A DNA stretch of 64,000 nt from a virus. Of the stretch, positions 41,275 through 51,002 are shown piece by piece. How positions within the stretch are numbered: the first letter of the stretch is position 1; every line of letters begins with the position of its first letter. Made by a program: the position numbers and the translations under genes. The notes beneath the pieces were generated by a model that did no database searches, was not told the origin of the DNA, and worked only from the letters and a program-made list of their open reading frames with translations. Location of the stretch: the IMG/VR virus record IMGVR_UViG_3300045988_098681, one strand, 5' to 3'.

Positions 41275-41750
41275 TCCTTGATTCTAAAGTCGAATGTATC
41301 AAAATCAAGTCCTTGGTCTGCCTTGTTCTTTAATGTAATAATTTGCCCAACTATCTTGTTAAATGTTCTCATAATACCCATTAAATCAGCATGTACGTTA
41401 ATATCGCCCTCTTCGAGCGCAATTTTATTTGTAAGCGTAATCATATAATAGGTTGCCTCAAATTCATCATATATGTAATCAAACATCTCTTTGAGCGAAG
41501 AATATGTTTCATCATGTTTTGGCACTTCGGGTCTAATCGAACGTTCGTCATAATTGTCCTTAATCTCGCTCACAAAGTCAGCAATTACAGGCATAGCATG
41601 GGCAAGCCGATGATGGCAAATATCGCTCGCTTGTACCATAGCCCAATCATTGAGCATAAAGCTCACAGCATTATCTAAGAGTGAGTTAAGATTAAAAAAT
41701 TGACCGTATAAGATATCTAAGGCATCACTTGTCTTTTTAGAAATCAACAT
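41241..41750 (-). CDS. hypothetical protein
   Basis: 169-aa ORF with an AGGAGG RBS. Confidence 0.5.
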   Translation of the reverse strand: MLISKKTSDALDILYGQFFNLNSLLDNAVSFMLNDWAMVQASDICHHRLAHAMPVIADFVSEIKDNYDERSIRPEVPKHDETYSSLKEMFDYIYDEFEATYYMITLTNKIALEEGDINVHADLMGIMRTFNKIVGQIITLKNKADQGLDFDTFDFRIKDWGIVGLEGEE

Positions 41751-41767
41751 AGCTTTTACCTCCTTTC

Positions 41768-43345
41768 TTATTCGGTATCGTCATATTCTCTAGCGTCGGT
41801 TTTAACCTCATCTTGTTTAGGTCTACCTGCTTTATCGCTTGCTGTATGAATAGACATAAGCTGTACTAAATTATCTGTAAAGCCACCATATTTCGCCTCT
41901 TCCATCATGCGCTCAAAATCTTGAGGCTTATAGCCGTAAGCAGCCCCAATAGCACTCGGAAGAACGATTCCGACATTAGCAAGTTCCATAACTTTCTTTT
42001 GTCGATATTCTTGCTCGAATGGGAAATTGATTCCCTCGAACTCGAATGAGAATTTATACTTTCTTGTTTTCTTATTGACATAGAAGTTTAAGAACGCATT
42101 GAATTGTGAGTACATACGTTTAATAATATTGCTATCATTGATAATCGCATTACGCACTTCTTCTTGACTCATTTTGCTCGTACTAAACAACATGTTGCCA
42201 GCACTTGCGCTGATTGAGCTTGTGTTTGTTACTTGATTACTATATGTATCTGGGTTCTTATCCTCGTATTGATAAAAATCCAAGTTACGAACAGGTAACG
42301 CTCCAACCTTGATGTGCTTATCTAATCCACTACGAACAAGATTTAACAATTTACCAAGTGTCTTAGGATTGACAGCAAACGCATCTTTTATATTACCTGA
42401 CTTTTGTTTGTCAAGCATTTCCATTTCTCCGACAAGAAGCCCATAAGCCGCCTCAATATCTTTGTCCTTTTGTAATGCTTGCATTTCCCTATCGGTAATC
42501 ATGTTAGGGAGAGCGGGTGCTAAAAATGGCACAGTGTCAAACTTAAACTCATCGAGCAGAAATACCCAAGCACCCTGTTCGGGTGATGTTTGAACCCAAT
42601 AAGAAAACGTGCCATTTCTACGATTTAATGGGTTGGTTGGCACATAATCAACCATGCTATTCTCGTCAAATATCTCTCTTGCCTTTTTTTTAAAGATAGG
42701 GTCAAAAGCATCAATATCAACGCCTGCTTGCAAGAAATAGCTCATATCAAAATCATACAGCCCACCTTGTTCAAAATAACCAGTAAGCAAGCAATAATCT
42801 TGAGGCATGGTTTGTAATGTATATTTTGGTAATTTTGTAACCTTTTCTGCCGAAACATCTTCAACGTCTTGGCTGAATGTTCCACGAGTTGTACGAAGCC
42901 AAGTAAAATCAGCTTGTTGTCTCGCACAAATATCAATAACACGGCTAAACTCTCTTTTGCAATCAAAGTTATCTAAAAATTTCCAAACTCTCTTCTTATC
43001 ATCTAAATATTCTTTACTTCTATAATCATCGCCACTTGCGTTAATACAAGTAACTTTTAGGTCGAAGGAAAGCATGTTTGCATAATAACGAATCAACCGA
43101 GCATAAAGCATATCATTATACTCAACCCATGCAGAATATTCTTGTAAGTCCTTAGCGCACTCTCTTGCCTTGTCAAGAGCCTTAATAACCTTATCATAAT
43201 CAGGCGTTTTCGTGTTTCCTGTTAATGACACAAGGTTGTAATTGTTAAGGTGTGGCGTATAGAACCCATTTGTAAGCGCACTCGCAAAGGCTACAACATC
43301 ATATACTTGCTCTTTTGTTAATCCATTCTTGTTTTTTTCTTCCAA
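41768..43345 (-). CDS. portal protein candidate
   Basis: 525-aa ORF immediately downstream of the large terminase gene. Confidence 0.6.
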   Translation of the reverse strand: MEEKNKNGLTKEQVYDVVAFASALTNGFYTPHLNNYNLVSLTGNTKTPDYDKVIKALDKARECAKDLQEYSAWVEYNDMLYARLIRYYANMLSFDLKVTCINASGDDYRSKEYLDDKKRVWKFLDNFDCKREFSRVIDICARQQADFTWLRTTRGTFSQDVEDVSAEKVTKLPKYTLQTMPQDYCLLTGYFEQGGLYDFDMSYFLQAGVDIDAFDPIFKKKAREIFDENSMVDYVPTNPLNRRNGTFSYWVQTSPEQGAWVFLLDEFKFDTVPFLAPALPNMITDREMQALQKDKDIEAAYGLLVGEMEMLDKQKSGNIKDAFAVNPKTLGKLLNLVRSGLDKHIKVGALPVRNLDFYQYEDKNPDTYSNQVTNTSSISASAGNMLFSTSKMSQEEVRNAIINDSNIIKRMYSQFNAFLNFYVNKKTRKYKFSFEFEGINFPFEQEYRQKKVMELANVGIVLPSAIGAAYGYKPQDFERMMEEAKYGGFTDNLVQLMSIHTASDKAGRPKQDEVKTDAREYDDTE

Positions 43346-43363
43346 ACTTTTTCCTCCTTTCTC

Positions 43364-45220
43364 TTATATTAAAATACCTGCAAAGTCATCTATATTAAAA
43401 TCTTCTTGATTTTGAGATATTGCATGGTTATTTTCTATTTTATCTGCTATCCAATTTGCATATTGGAGCGAACTCATACGGTCTTTATGTCCCATTCTAG
43501 GTTGCGAAAGCGACAACATACCATTATCCTTCCATGTTGCTGATAGGTTAATACCCTCACTAATCAACATACTAGTTTGAACATATGGGAGCAAATACAA
43601 CGCTCGTTGTTCAGATGTAAATTTAAAAGACTCTGGACTTTCATCAAATGTTTTCGTTGCTTGAAGTTCGTCCTCAAGCAACAACAAACTGCCGTTATTG
43701 AGCGATTTCCAAAGCGACTTCCACATATTAGAGTTCATTTCAGCGGTTGCTTTCATCGGTATCATACAAGGAATATATTCTGGGTCAACTGTACGTTGAC
43801 GAAGTTCGTTTAAAACACCCTCAGACAAAACTTGCATATTCGGCTCTTCACAAATACCAAATCCATGCGGATTCCAATTTTGTCTAGTTGGGTGTTTCCA
43901 TGGTGAAGAAAGCATCGTATAATAAAGATTACCCCCACCGTTAATATCAACGCACAAATATGTGCAACCTAAATCCCAATATAGTTCTCTGATTCTTTGG
44001 TGAACAGCTTGTTCATCGCCGCCACCCATAGACTCGATATATTCAAGCCTACGCTCTGTTGTTCCATCACTTTTACAAATAACCGATAAAACCTCTAAGG
44101 CACACCTGTCAGACTCTTCTTTTTTACCAACTGCATCTTCTGAAAATGCTAAGTCAACCGAAAGCACACGATATTCATTATCCCGCTTTTTTCGATTCTT
44201 CTTATCTATTCCAATATTAACTTCTTCATTTGTAGGTGGTTTCAAAGATTTGTTAAGAACTTGATTCTTTTGGAACATCTCAAGAGTATAATATGCACCA
44301 TCAGCCTCTCCAACCATCTCATTCAAATCTTCTATTCTAAACTCAAGCTCACCGCCTTGTTTACCTTTCATATAGTCAACTTTTGTTTTGAGTCCATGGT
44401 GCATAGCAACAAAGATATCTCCTGCAAAGAAGTTCCAATTTGCTAATCTGTCGTTATAGCAATTATTTACGCATTTTTTAAAAGACCTCCAAATCCAACT
44501 TGACTTAAACCATGCAGAAGTTAAATAAATTTCCTTACACTCTTCTACTAAGTCTGGATCGTTTTCATATTCTGGAAATTGTAAATATTCTGCTTGCCTT
44601 GGTTGGGACATTTTAGTGAATACAGAATCCCAAATAGATTTTTTAATAAGTCTAGCTTCTTCGGCAATAAGGCAAGAACTCCTTTCGCCGCGGCTCGAAT
44701 CCAACGCTGGCATAACTTTAATCCAACTACCGTTCCAAAAATCTACTTGAGCGCAATCTTTAGGATGTGTAATTGTTATCATTCCATCATCTTTCATTTG
44801 CTTTAAAATGGATGATAGCTTACCAATAAGCTCTTTATCTATTTTATTATCAACTATCTTATTTGCTTGGTCGATTGTAGAAGAAACAACAACAATTTGG
44901 CTATGTGGTCTAATCAAACAAATACATGTTGATGCAAGAGCCGTATCAAACGACTTACCAAGACCACGACTACAAATCATCCAAAAGAAATCAGATATGC
45001 CAATCAAAAATAATTTAATGTGTTGAAATGGTTTTAATCTAATCCTTAACCTTTCACTAGCATATATATTTAAGTTTCTACGATAAAAGGTACACCATTG
45101 TTTAGTGCGAATGTCCTTTTCTTCTTTTGTTTGCTTTTTCTCTTGTTTCCAACGGTTCCTTCTTGCTTTCTTTATAAAGTCATAATATTGGCTCTCTTGT
45201 AGTAAATCTTCTCTTGTCAT
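43364..45220 (-). CDS. terminase large subunit
   Basis: 618 aa. Walker A-like 'CSRGLGKS', Walker B-like 'SCLIAEEA', and a C-terminal nuclease-sized domain. 4-nt overlap with the upstream ORF. Confidence 0.7.
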   Translation of the reverse strand: MTREDLLQESQYYDFIKKARRNRWKQEKKQTKEEKDIRTKQWCTFYRRNLNIYASERLRIRLKPFQHIKLFLIGISDFFWMICSRGLGKSFDTALASTCICLIRPHSQIVVVSSTIDQANKIVDNKIDKELIGKLSSILKQMKDDGMITITHPKDCAQVDFWNGSWIKVMPALDSSRGERSSCLIAEEARLIKKSIWDSVFTKMSQPRQAEYLQFPEYENDPDLVEECKEIYLTSAWFKSSWIWRSFKKCVNNCYNDRLANWNFFAGDIFVAMHHGLKTKVDYMKGKQGGELEFRIEDLNEMVGEADGAYYTLEMFQKNQVLNKSLKPPTNEEVNIGIDKKNRKKRDNEYRVLSVDLAFSEDAVGKKEESDRCALEVLSVICKSDGTTERRLEYIESMGGGDEQAVHQRIRELYWDLGCTYLCVDINGGGNLYYTMLSSPWKHPTRQNWNPHGFGICEEPNMQVLSEGVLNELRQRTVDPEYIPCMIPMKATAEMNSNMWKSLWKSLNNGSLLLLEDELQATKTFDESPESFKFTSEQRALYLLPYVQTSMLISEGINLSATWKDNGMLSLSQPRMGHKDRMSSLQYANWIADKIENNHAISQNQEDFNIDDFAGILI

Positions 45221-46086
45221 TTTGAGCCACCATATTTACTATCTTCTGTAACCTCATAGTCCTTAGAGCCAATTACAAGATTTCTAACAGGTCTAAGAAC
45301 CCAATCAATCCAATATTTATGAATCCCCAAGAAGTCTTTATATAATTCTTTATCTTTATAATATTCAGCAGGCTCATTTTTCTCCATCATGTATATATCA
45401 TTTTCGATATATTTTTCAGCCTCTGTCTTATTTCTTTCTACTTCAAACTTATCAATACCAAGCTCTTTTGCAATAGTCGCTTTCGCTTTCATGTTTTGTT
45501 GAGCCTCATCGTTCTCTTTTATGCGCAACTCACACATACACAAATCGCGATATCGACTTGCTTGGTATTCTGTCAATTCTACACCTGTTGTATAGGTTAA
45601 AAAACGCCACTCTAAATAAGCAAGCTCGTCAACATTCAAATCATCGCCCCATGCCAATCGTAGTTTTCGCAGTTCTTCCTCTCGTTCTTCATCAAGAACC
45701 ACAGCAGTACGAATATCTCCAAATGAAGCATCGGTATCCGAAAATTCATTCCATTGTTTTGGCTTGCCACTAAAGTCTTTCATGCACTTTAGATATGTTT
45801 CCAACGGATTTGCACTTTTATTTGCGGTTAGTTTTTTCTTTGTTTGTCCCCATAAATGCTCAATAAATGGGATACCAATATCGGCACAAGTGAACCACAA
45901 CCCAGCTTCAACATCTTGGAATCTCTCATAGTGCCTTTGATATATCTCTTTACAACAATCCTTACAATATGGCATATAACCATGATGGTTAGGATTTTTA
46001 CTTGGGTAGAATTGCGTAACAGGCATTGTCTTTTGATGCTTCAAACAATAAGAGAACACCTTTTCATTTCTTTTCGTTACTGCCAT
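45217..46086 (-). CDS. hypothetical protein (small terminase position)
   Basis: 289-aa ORF coupled to the large terminase gene. N-terminal Cys/His cluster. Confidence 0.35.
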   Translation of the reverse strand: MAVTKRNEKVFSYCLKHQKTMPVTQFYPSKNPNHHGYMPYCKDCCKEIYQRHYERFQDVEAGLWFTCADIGIPFIEHLWGQTKKKLTANKSANPLETYLKCMKDFSGKPKQWNEFSDTDASFGDIRTAVVLDEEREEELRKLRLAWGDDLNVDELAYLEWRFLTYTTGVELTEYQASRYRDLCMCELRIKENDEAQQNMKAKATIAKELGIDKFEVERNKTEAEKYIENDIYMMEKNEPAEYYKDKELYKDFLGIHKYWIDWVLRPVRNLVIGSKDYEVTEDSKYGGSK

Positions 46087-46202
46087 TATCCGACCATCCT
46101 TTTATTCCTTTAGGGGAGGCACTAAGACCACCCCACAACAAATAGGAGGAGTTCTCCTTCAAAAAATATATTAAATTAAGTATAAATGTACTTAAGTGTA
46201 CA

Positions 46203-47432
46203 TCATAAAAAATAAATTTTTGAGTAACTCCAAAGTAATTTGCACTTTTTAGCATTCACCTTTTTACAGTGCTTTGTTGGGCTTTGAAAGTTCAATGCGT
46301 GTTGACATGGGTACAGTGCTGTCACATATCCCATATGAGTTTCCCCACTCTTATACGTATATTCAACCAAGTCCCTATGCCTTATACCCAGTACATTATC
46401 TGTCTTAGCTTTACTCTGTCTGCGCATTGGTTTTACAATCCATTCTTTAACATCACATGTATCAGGCAGTAAGCCTGTAATACAGATAGCATCATTAGAA
46501 TGTGATTTCTCAATGTTCCAATCAATACGTTTATTTGCTGTATCACCACCGTTGGTTAAGTGCAATTCGCCAAGACTAGACAATTTGTCTCTAAGCCAAT
46601 TCTTACCAATCATCACATGTTGTGCATAGTTTAGATTTTTATTGTCACTTGAACCCAATATGGAAAAGTACCAATCCATGAACTGTTCTTCTTTACCTTC
46701 TGTTTTTTGGTGACAATTCTTGCACAGTGTGATTAGATTGCCGAGTGTATTTGAACCATTTAATCTCCTTGGCTTAATGTGATGCACTTCAAGCCCACAA
46801 TCAGATTTTCCACATTCCATACATTTACAACCGTCTCTTAAGATAACTGCCCTACGTATGTTTTCGTCCAACCTGTTTGATTTTTGATACTGCCATTTGT
46901 ATGGTCTGTACCCATCAGTCAATGCTCTAATATCAATTGATACATCCTCAAGCCAATAACTTGTTATGTTTACCCATCTGTTAAGACAATTTATAACTCT
47001 AATTGTTGCTTGTCTCTTTTGCAGTATGCTTGGTGCAATTCTTCCTTTTCTTCTTGGGGAACTGCGATTGTTAAACCTTGCAGGTCTGTGCCTCTTGTGG
47101 TTTCTGTGATAACGTCTGTAACCACGCCTAACTTCCATCAAACGTTTTACATCGTTTCGCTGCTCGATTGTCCCCTTGAAAAGAACTTTGTTTTTCGTCT
47201 GGCACTTTTGAACAACAGATATCCCCACATGAAGTCCGCCATCATCAATGCCACATCGCATCTCATCCTTACAAACTTCATTGTCTAAAATTTTTTTCTT
47301 AAGCCGTATTACCATTGGATATTTACTCACAAGCACTGCACGTTTCTTGCGAATAAGAAACCATGCTTTTTGCTCTTTTGTTGGAGCCAATTGTTTTCCA
47401 TCAGCGTCTAACACAAAAGCATAATTTATCAT
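46203..47432 (-). CDS. iscB: IscB-like RNA-guided nuclease (split RuvC with HNH insertion)
   Basis: Motifs occur in IscB order: 'GKQLAPT' (PLMP-like), RuvC-I '[14 protein letters not shown]', Arg-rich helix '[22 protein letters not shown]', 'IAPSILQK', RuvC-II '[10 protein letters not shown]', HNH '[22 protein letters not shown]', RuvC-III '[10 protein letters not shown]'. Confidence 0.8.
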   Translation of the reverse strand: MINYAFVLDADGKQLAPTKEQKAWFLIRKKRAVLVSKYPMVIRLKKKILDNEVCKDEMRCGIDDGGLHVGISVVQKCQTKNKVLFKGTIEQRNDVKRLMEVRRGYRRYHRNHKRHRPARFNNRSSPRRKGRIAPSILQKRQATIRVINCLNRWVNITSYWLEDVSIDIRALTDGYRPYKWQYQKSNRLDENIRRAVILRDGCKCMECGKSDCGLEVHHIKPRRLNGSNTLGNLITLCKNCHQKTEGKEEQFMDWYFSILGSSDNKNLNYAQHVMIGKNWLRDKLSSLGELHLTNGGDTANKRIDWNIEKSHSNDAICITGLLPDTCDVKEWIVKPMRRQSKAKTDNVLGIRHRDLVEYTYKSGETHMGYVTALYPCQHALNFQSPTKHCKKVNAKKCKLLWSYSKIYFL

Positions 47433-47745
47433 TTCTGATACCTTCCTTTCGGAGAATTTTTCTTCTTGCCAATGTCAAGCAGAGGACATGTGTTTCCCTG
47501 TTATCAGTGCAGGGCATTAGTACTGTTTCTTGGTTGGCACTCACAGAGCCTTAAACTGAAAATTACATTCAAGGGTGTGTTTTTACCTTACTGCTCAACG
47601 TAGTTCATATCTGCAACTCGTCTTTCGACAATAGCAGTCACTTAGGCTTGAAACCTACCATTAAGCCGTGTGTAAGAGGCTTGTGTGCCCACTCTTACAC
47701 ACGTTTGTCAATACACTTCTATGGTTTTGACAACTTAATGACTAG
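47433..47745 (-). ncRNA. putative IscB omega RNA (HEARO-type) region
   Basis: ~310-nt ORF-free region directly 5' of iscB. Contains an 11-bp stem (47668-47678/47692-47702), GGCTT/AAGCC (47645-47667), GTC-GAAA-GAC (47620-47629, GNRA only on the - strand), CCCTG/CAGGG, and a long-range TGCCAA/TTGGCA pairing. Confidence 0.5.
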
Positions 47746-47749
47746 TCCT

Positions 47750-48136
47750 CTATTCTACACTATCTCCCTTTTCTAAAATCTTCTTGAACTTTGTATATGC
47801 CTCAAACACATATTTACAAGAAGACGTTACGAAAAGTGCTAAAATAGCTAAATTACTAAAAATTTCCGCATACTCTTTTGGAATATTTAATCCGACATAG
47901 CTTGCAAACGCCGGAATTGTCGTAATAGCAATACATAATAATGCAAGACCAACAATAATAGTTGTAACTCTAATAACAGAGTCTAAAATTTTATTCTTGT
48001 CGAACTTTTCCATAAGCATACGAATATTGTAATAAAGCGAAAACGCCATATTGCTAGTATAAGCAACTAAAAATAAAGCTGCACCAATACCAACATAAGT
48101 TAAATTCTCAAGTACACCATCTAAAAAACTAGTCAT
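47750..48136 (-). CDS. holin-like membrane protein (3 TM)
   Basis: 128 aa with three hydrophobic helices and a charged C-terminus. Adjacent to the cell-wall hydrolases. Confidence 0.5.
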   Translation of the reverse strand: MTSFLDGVLENLTYVGIGAALFLVAYTSNMAFSLYYNIRMLMEKFDKNKILDSVIRVTTIIVGLALLCIAITTIPAFASYVGLNIPKEYAEIFSNLAILALFVTSSCKYVFEAYTKFKKILEKGDSVE

Positions 48137-48383
48137 CTAAATCCTCCTGCTTTCTTAATAATTTAGATGCGGCATCAGCAAGCACAATGCTTGTGCCTGT
48201 CATAATTACCCATCGCCCAGTCTTAAACACCTCAGTTGTAACCGTACTGTCTATTGCGTGGTCGTACCAAGACATAATAAAACTAAATATCGTGTAAATA
48301 ACTAAAAAAAGCAACACACCAACAAATGTCACTTTCCTAGTCCGCCATTTTTTCCATGGTCTATTTTTAATCCATTCTTTCAT
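48129..48383 (-). CDS. small membrane protein (2 TM; holin/antiholin position)
   Basis: 84 aa. 'VTFVGVLLFLVIYTIFSFIM' and 'WVIMTGTSIVLADA'. Confidence 0.45.
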   Translation of the reverse strand: MKEWIKNRPWKKWRTRKVTFVGVLLFLVIYTIFSFIMSWYDHAIDSTVTTEVFKTGRWVIMTGTSIVLADAASKLLRKQEDLDD

Positions 48384-48390
48384 GTTTCAC

Positions 48391-48843
48391 CTACTTTAAT
48401 GCGCTAAAAGGCATATTGATTTGCTTCCCACTCCTAGAATCCCAATGATAAAACACCTTGGAATATTTTATACAAGACCCTAAGTGCATGCCCCACTTAT
48501 AAAGTCCTGCTTCACCAACTACGCCATGTGCCTTACAAATTGAACGCCACTTTTTCGCATAACGAATAAAATCGTCTTTTGACAAGTTTGGATTACTCCA
48601 ATCTGTCGCACACCCACGAAGATGCGAAGAGGTTGCAGAGCCTCCAACTTTCTTATTATAATCCTTTGTACGATACCATGCGTTTATTTTCATTGATCTA
48701 CCAAGCCACTTTCTAAACTCTTCTAAGCAAGTAGCATGCAGAATAGCAGATGCATTAAGAATACATTGACCTGTCTGATTAACCGTATATTCATCGATTG
48801 AAAAATGTTCTGTCAACTTTGTAACTTTTACAGTTGCATCCAT
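48391..48843 (-). CDS. peptidase M15-type endolysin (zinc D-Ala-D-Ala carboxypeptidase fold)
   Basis: 'SSHLRGCATDW' (H..G.A.D) and a distal 'HLG' are characteristic of M15 peptidoglycan peptidases. Confidence 0.6.
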   Translation of the reverse strand: MDATVKVTKLTEHFSIDEYTVNQTGQCILNASAILHATCLEEFRKWLGRSMKINAWYRTKDYNKKVGGSATSSHLRGCATDWSNPNLSKDDFIRYAKKWRSICKAHGVVGEAGLYKWGMHLGSCIKYSKVFYHWDSRSGKQINMPFSALK

Positions 48844-48861
48844 TTAACCACTTCCTTTCTA

Positions 48862-49716
48862 TTATTTCCTGCGATATGTTGTAAATTTATCTGGCACATT
48901 ACCAACATATCCAAAAGCTATAGGGTGTCTTGCACACATTACAACCCTCTGTTCTTGTCCTGAGCCACGCACATTACCAAACGTTGTCACATCATCACCC
49001 AATCCGCTTTTGCCAAGGCAAGACGCATAGGCACTGGAACTTTCAGCAATCGTCAAAATTCCACTTTTCGATTTGTTATACACAATACCAACATGAGTTA
49101 TATATCTAAATGACGATTGTTCAAGACCATCTGTGTCTCCATCGCTCACATTATTGCTACGATAAAAAACCAAATCACCAATATCTGCTTTACTATATGG
49201 AATCTCACAGCCTAATTTATAAAGTTCTTGAGCCATAGATGCGGCGTTATCAAATGTTATAAATGCTCTATTTCCTGCATCATTTTCATATGTATTGTCT
49301 TTATAATATGTCTTATTATTCTTTTTAATACCATATGCAACTTGCGCGGCTAAAAACTCAAAATAATAACCCCAATCAAACACCTTTGTAATAACTGTTG
49401 TTGGGGTTGATTTAAAATCTTTAATATTTCTGCCCATCCAAATCATCTGCGCAAAAATACCACAATTCATAATATAATCACCTTTATACATACATCCATT
49501 AGTGGAACCATTGAGCGATGATACAGAATTCGGATAAGCATAGCTTTCTCTTCGGAAACTGCCGTCATAAACAAATTTTGATTTATTGTTAAGATAATCT
49601 GTTATAAGTGATTGCAAGGCATCTTTTTGTTTATTACTTAATGTTGGGATGGAGCTATTTGTATCATCTATTGGTAACTGAAATCTTAAAGTACCATCTA
49701 CTTCGTAATTTTTCAT
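48862..49716 (-). CDS. NlpC/P60-like cell-wall hydrolase candidate
   Basis: Candidate nucleophile 'NCGIFAQMIW'. 'GDLVFYRS...ITHVGIVYN' resembles the NlpC/P60 His block. Confidence 0.45.
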   Translation of the reverse strand: MKNYEVDGTLRFQLPIDDTNSSIPTLSNKQKDALQSLITDYLNNKSKFVYDGSFRRESYAYPNSVSSLNGSTNGCMYKGDYIMNCGIFAQMIWMGRNIKDFKSTPTTVITKVFDWGYYFEFLAAQVAYGIKKNNKTYYKDNTYENDAGNRAFITFDNAASMAQELYKLGCEIPYSKADIGDLVFYRSNNVSDGDTDGLEQSSFRYITHVGIVYNKSKSGILTIAESSSAYASCLGKSGLGDDVTTFGNVRGSGQEQRVVMCARHPIAFGYVGNVPDKFTTYRRK

Positions 49717-49735
49717 ATTTTCCTCCTAATAAAAT

Positions 49736-49760
49736 AACCCCACCGACCATCAGTGGGGTT
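49736..49760 (-). terminator. rho-independent terminator
   Basis: 8-bp stem AACCCCAC / GTGGGGTT. On the - strand it is followed by ATTTTATT. Confidence 0.55.
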
Positions 49761-49859
49761 AAGTTTGACCGACCATCAGTCATTCGCTATTTAATAGATA
49801 AGGTCAAAACATGCCATTCTAATCTAAATGGACTTATAGTTCCTTGCTAATCTAATTTT

Positions 49860-50099
49860 TTATTTAAAAGAAGATTTAAGATAAAAGTATCCGCAACTCT
49901 TGTTCGAGCCATCTTTGTTTTTAATCACGTTGCCATCTTTATCTTTTGCAAAGCCATCACATACATACACGTTATCGCCAAGTTTGGTTTTGCGTAATGT
50001 TGCTCCACACTTACGACAAGTTAATTGCTTTTCCTCTTTTGGCTCTAACGGTTTGAGATTTAATACCTCTCTCATGCTTTCAAAACTGTTTACTTTCAT
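49860..50099 (-). CDS. hypothetical zinc-ribbon protein
   Basis: ATG 50099 with a GGAGAG RBS. 'CRKCGATL...YVCDG'. Confidence 0.45.
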   Translation of the reverse strand: MKVNSFESMREVLNLKPLEPKEEKQLTCRKCGATLRKTKLGDNVYVCDGFAKDKDGNVIKNKDGSNKSCGYFYLKSSFK

Positions 50100-50239
50100 A
50101 CCCTTTCTCTCCTTTTGTTCTGTGTAATGCACAACTTTTTCACTTGTATTTATGCTGTTATTATGAGAAGCCCAAGCGCATTTTCGTATTGTGCATGATA
50201 GCCTTTTCGCTAAACGAATCCCTTGTACTTCGGGTTAAT

Positions 50240-50314
50240 TGGCATACCTACTACGAATCGAACATAGATATACGGTTTTGGAGACCGCTGTTTTCCCAAT
50301 TAAACTATAGGCAC
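50240..50314 (-). tRNA. tRNA-Trp: tRNA-Trp (anticodon CCA), CCA-encoded
   Basis: Cloverleaf folded by eye: acceptor GTGCCTA/TAGGTAT, D stem GTTT/AAAC, anticodon stem GCGGT/ACCGT with loop CTCCAAA, T arm CTATG-TTCGATT-CGTAG. Confidence 0.75.
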
Positions 50315-50377
50315 ATATCAGATGAGTTAAGTTTCTCTAACTCACCAAGTACGCATCCGAAAACACATACCCCAATT

Positions 50378-50740
50378 TTAAAATAATTCTTGTTCAGTTA
50401 TTCCAATATTTTCTTCTGTATATGGTAAAAACAAATGACCAAATCTACCACGCACTTCTCCATTATCTTTTGGAAATCTTAAAAAATGTTTGTAATCTGT
50501 TAATAGCTTAGGACAATTTTTTTCTACCCACTGTTTAGTTGCAGTAATACAATAATCCGAAGACGTATCTACAAAATTAAATACTACAAATACTACACAT
50601 AATTTATTTTCTTTTACCCAATCTTCATTGTCAAATGGAATTTTTAAATTGTCTTCAAACCATGTGATAAAAGGTTCATCATCAGGAAAATCTCTTTCTA
50701 AAAACCAATTATTTAATTCAAAATAAATTATATTTTCCAT
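50378..50740 (-). CDS. hypothetical protein
   Basis: 120-aa ORF between tRNA genes. Confidence 0.5.
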   Translation of the reverse strand: MENIIYFELNNWFLERDFPDDEPFITWFEDNLKIPFDNEDWVKENKLCVVFVVFNFVDTSSDYCITATKQWVEKNCPKLLTDYKHFLRFPKDNGEVRGRFGHLFLPYTEENIGITEQELF

Positions 50741-50770
50741 TACACCGTCCTAAACTTTCTATAAATTTAA

Positions 50771-50847
50771 TGGTGATGCCACCGAGGCTCGAACTCGGAC
50801 TTTTCAGCTTGAAAGGCTGATGTGTTAACCAGTTACACTATGGCACC
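50771..50847 (-). tRNA. tRNA-Glu: tRNA-Glu (anticodon UUC), CCA-encoded
   Basis: Acceptor GGTGCCA/TGGCATC, anticodon stem TCAGC/GCTGA with loop CTTTCAA, T arm CCGAG-TTCGAGC-CTCGG. Confidence 0.8.
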
Positions 50848-50925
50848 ATACGAAGAAAGTATAATAGATAATTTCTAAAATTTGTATTAAATCCCACAAT
50901 AAGAAATTATCAAACATAAAGGGAT

Positions 50926-51002
50926 TGGCGGGACATCTAGGATTCGAACCTAGAATCTTGCGGTTAACAGCCGCCTGCTCTAACCAGCTGAGCTAATGTC
51001 CC
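50926..51002 (-). tRNA. tRNA-Asn: tRNA-Asn (anticodon GUU), CCA-encoded
   Basis: Acceptor GGGACAT/ATGTCCC, D arm GCTC-AGCTGGTTA-GAGC, anticodon loop CTGTTAA, T arm CTAGG-TTCGAAT-CCTAG. Confidence 0.85.

Noticed and set aside
47620-47632. 13-nt identity (GTCTTTCGACAAT) between the iscB upstream region and the large non-coding region (52926-52938)
   Set aside because: Dozens of 13-mer coincidences are expected by chance in 64 kb. It is not evidence that the two RNAs are related.
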